Positions 1 through 11,800 of a stretch of 64,000 bases of DNA are shown here, piece after piece. Position 1 is the stretch's first letter, and the number at the start of each line of letters is the position of its first letter. A model generated the notes under the pieces. The model was not told the origin of the DNA. It did not search any database and saw only the letters and a list, made by a program, of their open reading frames with translations. The translations under genes were made by a program, and so were the position numbers. Source of the DNA: the human T2T-CHM13v2.0 reference genome, Homo sapiens; NCBI RefSeq assembly GCF_009914755.1, contig NC_060930.1; one strand, 5' to 3'.

Positions 1-86
1 CAGAGTTTAACGTTTCTTTTGATAGAGCGTTTCTGAAACACCCTTCTTGTAGTAGCTGCAAGTGGATATTTGGACCTATTGGAGGC

Positions 87-103
87 CTTCTTTGGAAACG
101 GGA
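87..103 (+). other. Degenerate CENP-B box (TTCG>TTCT), predicted non-binding; repeated in every unit
   Basis: CTTCTTTGGAAACGGGA compared with the core NTTCGNNNNANNCGGGN. Confidence 0.85.
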
Positions 104-596
104 TTTCTTCATGTAACTCTAGATTGAAGAATTCTCAGAAACTCCTTTGTGATGTGTGCATTCAATTCAAAGAGTGAAACCTCCCTTTTCACAGAGCAGT
201 TTTGAAACACTGTTTTTGTAGGATTTCCAAGGGGATATTTATAGCGCATTGAGCCTACGGCGGAAAAAGAAACATCTTCCTATAAAAACTAGACAGAATA
301 CTTCTCAGAATCTGCTTTGCGATGTGTGCGTTCAACTCACAGAGTAAAACTTTTCTTTTGATAGAGCAGTTTTGAAACACTCTTTTTGTAGTATTTGCAT
401 GTGTATATTTAGAGCGCATTGAAGCCCACAGTAGAAAAGGAAATAACTTCACCTAAAACCTAGACAGAAGCAATCTCAGAAACTACTTTGTGATGTGTAC
501 ATTCAACTCACAGAGTGGAACTTTCCTCTTTATAGAGCAGTGTTGAAACACTCTTTTTGTAGAAACTGCAAGTGGATATTTGGACCTCTTTGAGGC

Positions 597-613
597 CTTC
601 GTTGGAAACGGGA
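597..613 (+). other. Intact CENP-B box (U1 example; repeated in each unit)
   Basis: Exact CTTCGTTGGAAACGGGA. Confidence 0.95.
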
Positions 614-936
614 TTTCTTCCTATAACCCTAGACAGAAGAATTTTCAGAAACCTCATTGTGATGTGTGCGTTCATCTCACAGAGTGGAGTCTTCCGTTTG
701 ATAGAGAAGTTTTGAAACCCTGTTCTTGTAGGATTTCCAAGTGGATATTTAGACCACTTTGAAGCCTATGATAGAAAAGGAAACATCTTCATGGAAAACA
801 TAGATAGAATCATCCTCAGAAACAACTTTGTGATGTGTGCGTTGAACTCACCGTCTTTAACCTTTCTTTTGGTAGAGAAGTTTTGAAACACTCTCTTTGT
901 AAAGTCTACAAGTGGATATTTTGAGCCCTTGGAGGC

Positions 937-953
937 ATTCTTTGGAAAAGGGA
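937..953 (+). other. Degenerate CENP-B box, both CpGs lost; repeated in every unit
   Basis: ATTCTTTGGAAAAGGGA at the box position. Confidence 0.8.
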
Positions 954-1107
954 ATGTCTTCACATAAAAGGCAGACAGAAGTGTTCTCAGAAACTGCTTT
1001 GTGATGTCTGTGTTCAACTCACAGAGTTTAACATTTCCTTTGATAGAGCGGTTTAGTAACCCTCTCTTTGTAGAATTTGGAAGTGTATACTAAGAGCGCT
1101 TTGAGGC

Positions 1108-1124
1108 CTATGGTAGAAAAGGAA
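1108..1124 (+). other. pJalpha-type (A-monomer) box, representative example
   Basis: CTATGGTAGAAAAGGAA occupies the position homologous to the CENP-B box in alternate monomers. Confidence 0.75.
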
Positions 1125-1278
1125 ATATCTTTCCATAAAAGCTAGACAGAAGCAATCTCAGAAACTCCTCTGTGATGTCTGCATTCAACTCACCGAGTGG
1201 AACATTCCTCTTGAGAGAGCAGTTTGGAAACACTCTTTCTGTAGAATCAGCTTGTTTGTATTTGGACCTCCTTGAGGC

Positions 1279-1295
1279 CTTCGTTGGAAACGGGT
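1279..1295 (+). other. CENP-B box, core intact (terminal A>T)
   Basis: CTTCGTTGGAAACGGGT retains all nine core bases. Confidence 0.9.
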
Positions 1296-1618
1296 TTTCA
1301 TCTTATAAACCCAGACAGAAGAATTCTCAGAGTCTTCTTTGTGATGTGTGCTTTCAACTCACCGAGATAAAGATTTCTCTTGATAGAGCAATTTGGAAAC
1401 ACTCTTTTTGTAGAATTTGCAAGGGTACATTGAGAGCGCTTTCAGGCCTATGGTAGAAAAGGGAATATCTTTCCATAAAAGGTAGACAGAAGCAATCTCA
1501 GAAACTACTTTGTGATGTGTGCATTCAACTCACCGAGTGCAACGTTCCTCTTGACCGAGCAGTTTGGAAACATTGTTTCTGTAGAATCTGCAAGTGGATA
1601 TTTGGACCTCTTTGAGGC

Positions 1619-1635
1619 CTTCGTTGGAAACGGGA
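1619..1635 (+). other. Intact CENP-B box
   Basis: Exact CTTCGTTGGAAACGGGA. Confidence 0.95.
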
Positions 1636-1958
1636 TTTCTTCCTATAAACCCAGACAGAAGAATTCTCAGAGACTTCTTTGTGATGTGTGAATTCAACTC
1701 ACAGTGTGGATCCTTCCTTTTGATAGAGCAGTTTTGAAACCCTGTTTTTGTAGTATTTCCAAGCGGATATTTGGAACGCCTTGAAGCGTATGGTAGAAAA
1801 GGAAATATCTTCCCATAAAACCTAGACAGAACCAATCTCAGAAACGACTTTGTGATGTCTGCATTCAAGTCACAGAGTTGAACATTTCTCTTGATAGAGC
1901 AGTTTTGAAACCCTCTTTCTGAAGGATCTGCAAGTGGATATTTGGAACTCCTTTGGGT

Positions 1959-1975
1959 CTTCGTTGGAAACGGGA
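1959..1975 (+). other. Intact CENP-B box (immediately upstream of the 15-mer deletion breakpoint)
   Basis: Exact CTTCGTTGGAAACGGGA. Confidence 0.95.
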
Positions 1976-2295
1976 TTTCTTCGTATAAATCTAGACAGAA
2001 GAATTCTCCGAAACTTCTTTGGTTGTGTGCATTCAAGTCACAGAGTGGAACCTTCCTTTGGATAGAGCAGTTTGAAACGCCGTGGTTGTAGTATTTCCAA
2101 GCGGATATTAGAGCGCCTTGAGGCCTATGGTAGAAAAGGAAATATCTTCCCATAAAACCTAGACGGAAGCAATCTCAGAAACTACTGTGTGATGGCTGCA
2201 TTCCACACACACGGTGGAACATTTCTCTTGATAGAGCAGTTTTGAAACACTCTTTCTGTAGAATCTGCAAGTGGATAATTGGACCGCCTTGAGGC

Positions 2296-2312
2296 CTTCG
2301 TTGGAAACGGGA
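2296..2312 (+). other. Intact CENP-B box (absent from 15-mers)
   Basis: Exact CTTCGTTGGAAACGGGA. Lies inside the 506-bp deleted segment. Confidence 0.95.
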
Positions 2313-2464
2313 TTTCTTCATGTTACTCTAGATAGAAGAATTCTCAAACACTGCTATGTGATGTTTGCATTCAAGTCACAGAGTGCAACATTCCTCTTGG
2401 TAGAGCAGTTGGGAAACACTCCTTTTGTAGAATCTGCAATGGGATATTTGGACTTCTTTGAGGC

Positions 2465-2481
2465 CTTCGTTGGAAACGGGA
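2465..2481 (+). other. Intact CENP-B box (absent from 15-mers; 169 bp from the previous box)
   Basis: Exact CTTCGTTGGAAACGGGA. Lies inside the 506-bp deleted segment. Confidence 0.95.
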
Positions 2482-2804
2482 TTTCTTTGTATGAATCTAG
2501 ACAGAAGAATTCTCAGAAACTTCCTTGTGATGTGTGCATTCAACTCAGCGAGTGGCACCTTCCTTTGGATACAGCAGTTTTGAAACACTGTTTTTGTAGT
2601 ATTTCCAAGCGGATATTTAGAGCGCCTTGAAGCCTATGCTAGAAATGGAAATATCTCCCCATAAAACCAAGACAGAAGCAATCTCAGAAACTAATGTGTG
2701 ATGGCTGCATTCCACACACACGGTGGACCATTTCTCTTGATAGAGCAGTTTTGAAACACTCTTTCTGTAGAATCTGCAAGTGGATAATTGGACCTCCTAG
2801 AGGC

Positions 2805-2821
2805 CTTCGTTGGAAACGGGA
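2805..2821 (+). other. Intact CENP-B box
   Basis: Exact CTTCGTTGGAAACGGGA. Confidence 0.95.
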
Positions 2822-5800
2822 TTTCTTCATCTAAACCTACAGAGAAGAATTCTCAGTAACTTCTTCGGATGTGTGCATTCGACGCACAGAATGGAACATT
2901 CCCTTTGATAGAGCAGTTTTGAGACACCGTTTTTGTAGAATTCCCAAGTGGATATTTAGAGCACTTTGAAGTCTCTGCTAGAAAAGGAAACATCTTCATG
3001 TAAAAAGTAGATAGAATCGTTCTCAGAAAGTGCTTAGTGACGTGTGCGTTCAACTCACAGAGTTTAACGTTTCTTTTGATAGAGCGTTTCTGAAACACCC
3101 TTCTTGTAGTAGCTGCAAGTGGATATTTGGACCTATTGGAGGCCTTCTTTGGAAACGGGATTTCTTCATGTAACTCTAGATTGAAGAATTCTCAGAAACT
3201 CCTTTGTGATGTGTGCATTCAATTCAAAGAGTGAAACCTCCCTTTTCACAGAGCAGTTTTGAAACACTGTTTTTGTAGGATTTCCAAGGGGATATTTATA
3301 GCGCATTGAGCCTACGGCGGAAAAAGAAACATCTTCCTATAAAAACTAGACAGAATACTTCTCAGAATCTGCTTTGCGATGTGTGCGTTCAACTCACAGA
3401 GTAAAACTTTTCTTTTGATAGAGCAGTTTTGAAACACTCTTTTTGTAGTATTTGCATGTGTATATTTAGAGCGCATTGAAGCCCACAGTAGAAAAGGAAA
3501 TAACTTCACCTAAAACCTAGACAGAAGCAATCTCAGAAACTACTTTGTGATGTGTACATTCAACTCACAGAGTGGAACTTTCCTCTTTATAGAGCAGTGT
3601 TGAAACACTCTTTTTGTAGAAACTGCAAGTGGATATTTGGACCTCTTTGAGGCCTTCGTTGGAAACGGGATTTCTTCCTATAACCCTAGACAGAAGAATT
3701 TTCAGAAACCTCATTGTGATGTGTGCGTTCATCTCACAGAGTGGAGTCTTCCGTTTGATAGAGAAGTTTTGAAACCCTGTTCTTGTAGGATTTCCAAGTG
3801 GATATTTAGACCACTTTGAAGCCTATGATAGAAAAGGAAACATCTTCATGGAAAACATAGATAGAATCATCCTCAGAAACAACTTTGTGATGTGTGCGTT
3901 GAACTCACCGTCTTTAACCTTTCTTTTGGTAGAGAAGTTTTGAAACACTCTCTTTGTAAAGTCTACAAGTGGATATTTTGAGCCCTTGGAGGCATTCTTT
4001 GGAAAAGGGAATGTCTTCACATAAAAGGCAGACAGAAGTGTTCTCAGAAACTGCTTTGTGATGTCTGTGTTCAACTCACAGAGTTTAACATTTCCTTTGA
4101 TAGAGCGGTTTAGTAACCCTCTCTTTGTAGAATTTGGAAGTGTATACTAAGAGCGCTTTGAGGCCTATGGTAGAAAAGGAAATATCTTTCCATAAAAGCT
4201 AGACAGAAGCAATCTCAGAAACTCCTTTGCGATGTCTGCATTCAACTCACCGAGTGGAACATTCCTCTTGAGAGAGCAGTTTGGAAACACTCTTTCTGTA
4301 GAATCAGCTTGTTTGTATTTGGACCTCCTTGAGGCCTTCGTTGGAAACGGGTTTTCATCTTATAAACCCAGACAGAAGAATTCTCAGAGTCTTCTTTGTG
4401 ATGTGTGCTTTCAACTCACCGAGATAAAGATTTCTCTTGATAGAGCAATTTGGAAACACTCTTTTTGTAGAATTTGCAAGGGTACATTGAGAGCGCTTTC
4501 AGGCCTATGGTAGAAAAGGGAATATCTTTCCATAAAAGGTAGACAGAAGCAATCTCAGAAACTACTTTGTGATGTGTGCATTCAACTCACCGAGTGCAAC
4601 GTTCCTCTTGACCGAGCAGTTTGGAAACATTGTTTCTGTAGAATCTGCAAGTGGATATTTGGACCTCTTTGAGGCCTTCGTTGGAAACGGGATTTCTTCC
4701 TATAAACCCAGACAGAAGAATTCTCAGAGACTTCTTTGTGATGTGTGAATTCAACTCACAGTGTGGATCCTTCCTTTTGATAGAGCAGTTTTGAAACCCT
4801 GTTTTTGTAGTATTTCCAAGCGGATATTCGGAACGCCTTGAAGCGTATGGTAGAAAAGGAAATATCTTCCCATAAAACCTAGACAGAACCAATCTCAGAA
4901 ACGACTTTGTGATGTCTGCATTCAAGTCACAGAGTTGAACATTTCTCTTGATAGAGCAGTTTTGAAACCCTCTTTCTGAAGGATCTGCAAGTGGATATTT
5001 GGAACTCCTTTGGGTCTTCGTTGGAAACGGGATTTCTTCGTATAAATCTAGACAGAAGAATTCTCCGAAACTTCTTTGGTTGTGTGCATTCAAGTCACAG
5101 AGTGGAACCTTCCTTTGGATAGAGCAGTTTGAAACGCCGTGGTTGTAGTATTTCCAAGCGGATATTAGAGCGCCTTGAGGCCTATGGTAGAAAAGGAAAT
5201 ATCTTCCCATAAAACCTAGACGGAAGCAATCTCAGAAACTACTGTGTGATGGCTGCATTCCACACACACGGTGGAACATTTCTCTTGATAGAGCAGTTTT
5301 GAAACACTCTTTCTGTAGAATCTGCAAGTGGATAATTGGACCGCCTTGAGGCCTTCGTTGGAAACGGGATTTCTTCATGTTACTCTAGATAGAAGAATTC
5401 TCAAACACTGCTATGTGATGTTTGCATTCAAGTCACAGAGTGCAACATTCCTCTTGGTAGAGCAGTTGGGAAACACTCCTTTTGTAGAATCTGCAATGGG
5501 ATATTTGGACTTCTTTGAGGCCTTCGTTGGAAACGGGATTTCTTTGTATGAATCTAGACAGAAGAATTCTCAGAAACTTCCTTGTGATGTGTGCATTCAA
5601 CTCAGCGAGTGGCACCTTCCTTTGGATACAGCAGTTTTGAAACACTGTTTTTGTAGTATTTCCAAGCGGATATTTAGAGCGCCTTGAAGCCTATGCTAGA
5701 AATGGAAATATCTCCCCATAAAACCAAGACAGAAGCAATCTCAGAAACTAATGTGTGATGGCTGCATTCCACACACACGGTGGACCATTTCTCTTGATAG

Positions 5801-8800
5801 AGCAGTTTTGAAACACTCTTTCTGTAGAATCTGCAAGTGGATAATTGGACCTCCTAGAGGCCTTCGTTGGAAACGGGATTTCTTCATCTAAACCTACAGA
5901 GAAGAATTCTCAGTAACTTCTTCGGATGTGTGCATTCGACGCACAGAATGGAACATTCCCTTTGATAGAGCAGTTTTGAGACACCGTTTTTGTAGAATTC
6001 CCAAGTGGATATTTAGAGCACTTTGAAGTCTCTGCTAGAAAAGGAAACATCTTCATGTAAAAAGTAGATAGAATCGTTCTCAGAAAGTGCTTAGTGACGT
6101 GTGCGTTCAACTCACAGAGTTTAACGTTTCTTTTGATAGAGCGTTTCTGAAACACCCTTCTTGTAGTAGCTGCAAGTGGATATTTGGACCTATTGGAGGC
6201 CTTCTTTGGAAACGGGATTTCTTCATGTAACTCTAGATTGAAGAATTCTCAGAAACTCCTTTGTGATGTGTGCATTCAATTCAAAGAGTGAAACCTCCCT
6301 TTTCACAGAGCAGTTTTGAAACACTGTTTTTGTAGGATTTCCAAGGGGATATTTATAGCGCATTGAGCCTACGGCGGAAAAAGAAACATCTTCCTATAAA
6401 AACTAGACAGAATACTTCTCAGAATCTGCTTTGCGATGTGTGCGTTCAACTCACAGAGTAAAACTTTTCTTTTGATAGAGCAGTTTTGAAACACTCTTTT
6501 TGTAGTATTTGCATGTGTATATTTAGAGCGCATTGAAGCCCACAGTAGAAAAGGAAATAACTTCACCTAAAACCTAGACAGAAGCAATCTCAGAAACTAC
6601 TTTGTGATGTGTACATTCAACTCACAGAGTGGAACTTTCCTCTTTATAGAGCAGTGTTGAAACACTCTTTTTGTAGAAACTGCAAGTGGATATTTGGACC
6701 TCTTTGAGGCCTTCGTTGGAAACGGGATTTCTTCCTATAACCCTAGACAGAAGAATTTTCAGAAACCTCATTGTGATGTGTGCGTTCATCTCACAGAGTG
6801 GAGTCTTCCGTTTGATAGAGAAGTTTTGAAACCCTGTTCTTGTAGGATTTCCAAGTGGATATTTAGACCACTTTGAAGCCTATGATAGAAAAGGAAACAT
6901 CTTCATGGAAAACATAGATAGAATCATCCTCAGAAACAACTTTCTGATGTGTGCGTTGAACTCACCGTCTTTAACCTTTCTTTTGGTAGAGAAGTTTTGA
7001 AACACTCTCTTTGTAAAGTCTACAAGTGGATATTTTGAGCCCTTGGAGGCATTCTTTGGAAAAGGGAATGTCTTCACATAAAAGGCAGACAGAAGTGTTC
7101 TCAGAAACTGCTTTGTGATGTCTGTGTTCAACTCACAGAGTTTAACATTTCCTTTGATAGAGCGGTTTAGTAACCCTCTCTTTGTAGAATTTGGAAGTGT
7201 ATACTAAGAGCGCTTTGAGGCCTATGGTAGAAAAGGAAATATCTTTCCATAAAAGCTAGACAGAAGCAATCTCAGAAACTCCTCTGTGATGTCTGCATTC
7301 AACTCACCGAGTGGAACATTCCTCTTGAGAGAGCAGTTTGGAAACACTCTTTCTGTAGAATCAGCTTGTTTGTATTTGGACCTCCTTGAGGCCTTCGTTG
7401 GAAACGGGTTTTCATCTTATAAACCCAGACAGAAGAATTCTCAGAGTCTTCTTTGTGATGTGTGCTTTCAACTCACCGAGATAAAGATTTCTCTTGATAG
7501 AGCAATTTGGAAACACTCTTTTTGTAGAATTTGCAAGGGTACATTGAGAGCGCTTTCAGGCCTATGGTAGAAAAGGGAATATCTTTCCATAAAAGGTAGA
7601 CAGAAGCAATCTCAGAAACTACTTTGTGATGTGTGCATTCAACTCACCGAGTGCAACGTTCCTCTTGACCGAGCAGTTTGGAAACATTGTTTCTGTAGAA
7701 TCTGCAAGTGGATATTTGGACCTCTTTGAGGCCTTCGTTGGAAACGGGATTTCTTCCTATAAACCCAGACAGAAGAATTCTCAGAGACTTCTTTGTGATG
7801 TGTGAATTCAACTCACAGTGTGGATCCTTCCTTTTGATAGAGCAGTTTTGAAACCCTGTTTTTGTAGTATTTCCAAGCGGATATTCGGAACGCCTTGAAG
7901 CGTATGGTAGAAAAGGAAATATCTTCCCATAAAACCTAGACAGAACCAATCTCAGAAACGACTTTGTGATGTCTGCATTCAAGTCACAGAGTTGAACATT
8001 TCTCTTGATAGAGCAGTTTTGAAACCCTCTTTCTGAAGGATCTGCAAGTGGATATTTGGAACTCCTTTGGGTCTTCGTTGGAAACGGGATTTCTTCGTAT
8101 AAATCTAGACAGAAGAATTCTCCGAAACTTCTTTGGTTGTGTGCATTCAAGTCACAGAGTGGAACCTTCCTTTGGATAGAGCAGTTTGAAACGCCGTGGT
8201 TGTAGTATTTCCAAGCGGATATTAGAGCGCCTTGAGGCCTATGGTAGAAAAGGAAATATCTTCCCATAAAACCTAGACGGAAGCAATCTCAGAAACTACT
8301 GTGTGATGGCTGCATTCCACACACACGGTGGAACATTTCTCTTGATAGAGCAGTTTTGAAACACTCTTTCTGTAGAATCTGCAAGTGGATAATTGGACCG
8401 CCTTGAGGCCTTCGTTGGAAACGGGATTTCTTCATGTTACTCTAGATAGAAGAATTCTCAAACACTGCTATGTGATGTTTGCATTCAAGTCACAGAGTGC
8501 AACATTCCTCTTGGTAGAGCAGTTGGGAAACACTCCTTTTGTAGAATCTGCAATGGGATATTTGGACTTCTTTGAGGCCTTCGTTGGAAACGGGATTTCT
8601 TTGTATGAATCTAGACAGAAGAATTCTCAGAAACTTCCTTGTGATGTGTGCATTCAACTCAGCGAGTGGCACCTTCCTTTGGATACAGCAGTTTTGAAAC
8701 ACTGTTTTTGTAGTATTTCCAAGCGGATATTTAGAGCGCCTTGAAGCCTATGCTAGAAATGGAAATATCTCCCCATAAAACCAAGACAGAAGCAATCTCA

Positions 8801-11800
8801 GAAACTAATGTGTGATGGCTGCATTCCACACACACGGTGGACCATTTCTCTTGATAGAGCAGTTTTGAAACACTCTTTCTGTAGAATCTGCAAGTGGATA
8901 ATTGGACCTCCTAGAGGCCTTCGTTGGAAACGGGATTTCTTCATCTAAACCTACAGAGAAGAATTCTCAGTAACTTCTTCGGATGTGTGCATTCGACGCA
9001 CAGAATGGAACATTCCCTTTGATAGAGCAGTTTTGAGACACCGTTTTTGTAGAATTCCCAAGTGGATATTTAGAGCACTTTGAAGTCTCTGCTAGAAAAG
9101 GAAACATCTTCATGTAAAAAGTAGATAGAATCGTTCTCAGAAAGTGCTTAGTGACGTGTGCGTTCAACTCACAGAGTTTAACGTTTCTTTTGATAGAGCG
9201 TTTCTGAAACACCCTTCTTGTAGTAGCTGCAAGTGGATATTTGGACCTATTGGAGGCCTTCTTTGGAAACGGGATTTCTTCATGTAACTCTAGATTGAAG
9301 AATTCTCAGAAACTCCTTTGTGATGTGTGCATTCAATTCAAAGAGTGAAACCTCCCTTTTCACAGAGCAGTTTTGAAACACTGTTTTTGTAGGATTTCCA
9401 AGGGGATATTTATAGCGCATTGAGCCTACGGCGGAAAAAGAAACATCTTCCTATAAAAACTAGACAGAATACTTCTCAGAATCTGCTTTGCGATGTGTGC
9501 GTTCAACTCACAGAGTAAAACTTTTCTTTTGATAGAGCAGTTTTGAAACACTCTTTTTGTAGTATTTGCATGTGTATATTTAGAGCGCATTGAAGCCCAC
9601 AGTAGAAAAGGAAATAACTTCACCTAAAACCTAGACAGAAGCAATCTCAGAAACTACTTTGTGATGTGTACATTCAACTCACAGAGTGGAACTTTCCTCT
9701 TTATAGAGCAGTGTTGAAACACTCTTTTTGTAGAAACTGCAAGTGGATATTTGGACCTCTTTGAGGCCTTCGTTGGAAACGGGATTTCTTCCTATAACCC
9801 TAGACAGAAGAATTTTCAGAAACCTCATTGTGATGTGTGCGTTCATCTCACAGAGTGGAGTCTTCCGTTTGATAGAGAAGTTTTGAAACCCTGTTCTTGT
9901 AGGATTTCCAAGTGGATATTTAGACCACTTTGAAGCCTATGATAGAAAAGGAAACATCTTCATGGAAAACATAGATAGAATCATCCTCAGAAACAACTTT
10001 GTGATGTGTGCGTTGAACTCACCGTCTTTAACCTTTCTTTTGGTAGAGAAGTTTTGAAACACTCTCTTTGTAAAGTCTACAAGTGGATATTTTGAGCCCT
10101 TGGAGGCATTCTTTGGAAAAGGGAATGTCTTCACATAAAAGGCAGACAGAAGTGTTCTCAGAAACTGCTTTGTGATGTCTGTGTTCAACTCACAGAGTTT
10201 AACATTTCCTTTGATAGAGCGGTTTAGTAACCCTCTCTTTGTAGAATTTGGAAGTGTATACTAAGAGCGCTTTGAGGCCTATGGTAGAAAAGGAAATATC
10301 TTTCCATAAAAGCTAGACAGAAGCAATCTCAGAAACTCCTCTGTGATGTCTGCATTCAACTCACCGAGTGGAACATTCCTCTTGAGAGAGCAGTTTGGAA
10401 ACACTCTTTCTGTAGAATCAGCTTGTTTGTATTTGGACCTCCTTGAGGCCTTCGTTGGAAACGGGTTTTCATCTTATAAACCCAGACAGAAGAATTCTCA
10501 GAGTCTTCTTTGTGATGTGTGCTTTCAACTCACCGAGATAAAGATTTCTCTTGATAGAGCAATTTGGAAACACTCTTTTTGTAGAATTTGCAAGGGTACA
10601 TTGAGAGCGCTTTCAGGCCTATGGTAGAAAAGGGAATATCTTTCCATAAAAGGTAGACAGAAGCAATCTCAGAAACTACTTTGTGATGTGTGCATTCAAC
10701 TCACCGAGTGCAACGTTCCTCTTGACCGAGCAGTTTGGAAACATTGTTTCTGTAGAATCTGCAAGTGGATATTTGGACCTCTTTGAGGCCTTCGTTGGAA
10801 ACGGGATTTCTTCCTATAAACCCAGACAGAAGAATTCTCAGAGACTTCTTTGTGATGTGTGAATTCAACTCACAGTGTGGATCCTTCCTTTTGATAGAGC
10901 AGTTTTGAAACCCTGTTTTTGTAGTATTTCCAAGCGGATATTTGGAACGCCTTGAAGCGTATGGTAGAAAAGGAAATATCTTCCCATAAAACCTAGACAG
11001 AACCAATCTCAGAAACGACTTTGTGATGTCTGCATTCAAGTCACAGAGTTGAACATTTCTCTTGATAGAGCAGTTTTGAAACCCTCTTTCTGAAGGATCT
11101 GCAAGTGGATATTTGGAACTCCTTTGGGTCTTCGTTGGAAACGGGATTTCTTCGTATAAATCTAGACAGAAGAATTCTCCGAAACTTCTTTGGTTGTGTG
11201 CATTCAAGTCACAGAGTGGAACCTTCCTTTGGATAGAGCAGTTTGAAACGCCGTGGTTGTAGTATTTCCAAGCGGATATTAGAGCGCCTTGAGGCCTATG
11301 GTAGAAAAGGAAATATCTTCCCATAAAACCTAGACGGAAGCAATCTCAGAAACTACTGTGTGATGGCTGCATTCCACACACACGGTGGAACATTTCTCTT
11401 GATAGAGCAGTTTTGAAACACTCTTTCTGTAGAATCTGCAAGTGGATAATTGGACCGCCTTGAGGCCTTCGTTGGAAACGGGATTTCTTCATGTTACTCT
11501 AGATAGAAGAATTCTCAAACACTGCTATGTGATGTTTGCATTCAAGTCACAGAGTGCAACATTCCTCTTGGTAGAGCAGTTGGGAAACACTCCTTTTGTA
11601 GAATCTGCAATGGGATATTTGGACTTCTTTGAGGCCTTCGTTGGAAACGGGATTTCTTTGTATGAATCTAGACAGAAGAATTCTCAGAAACTTCCTTGTG
11701 ATGTGTGCATTCAACTCAGCGAGTGGCACCTTCCTTTGGATACAGCAGTTTTGAAACACTGTTTTTGTAGTATTTCCAAGCGGATATTTAGAGCGCCTTG

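Noticed and set aside
2203-2212. Short CA run (ccacacacac) twice per 18-mer
   Set aside because: Too short to be a microsatellite and invariant in length across copies. It is useful only as a marker of the internal duplication.
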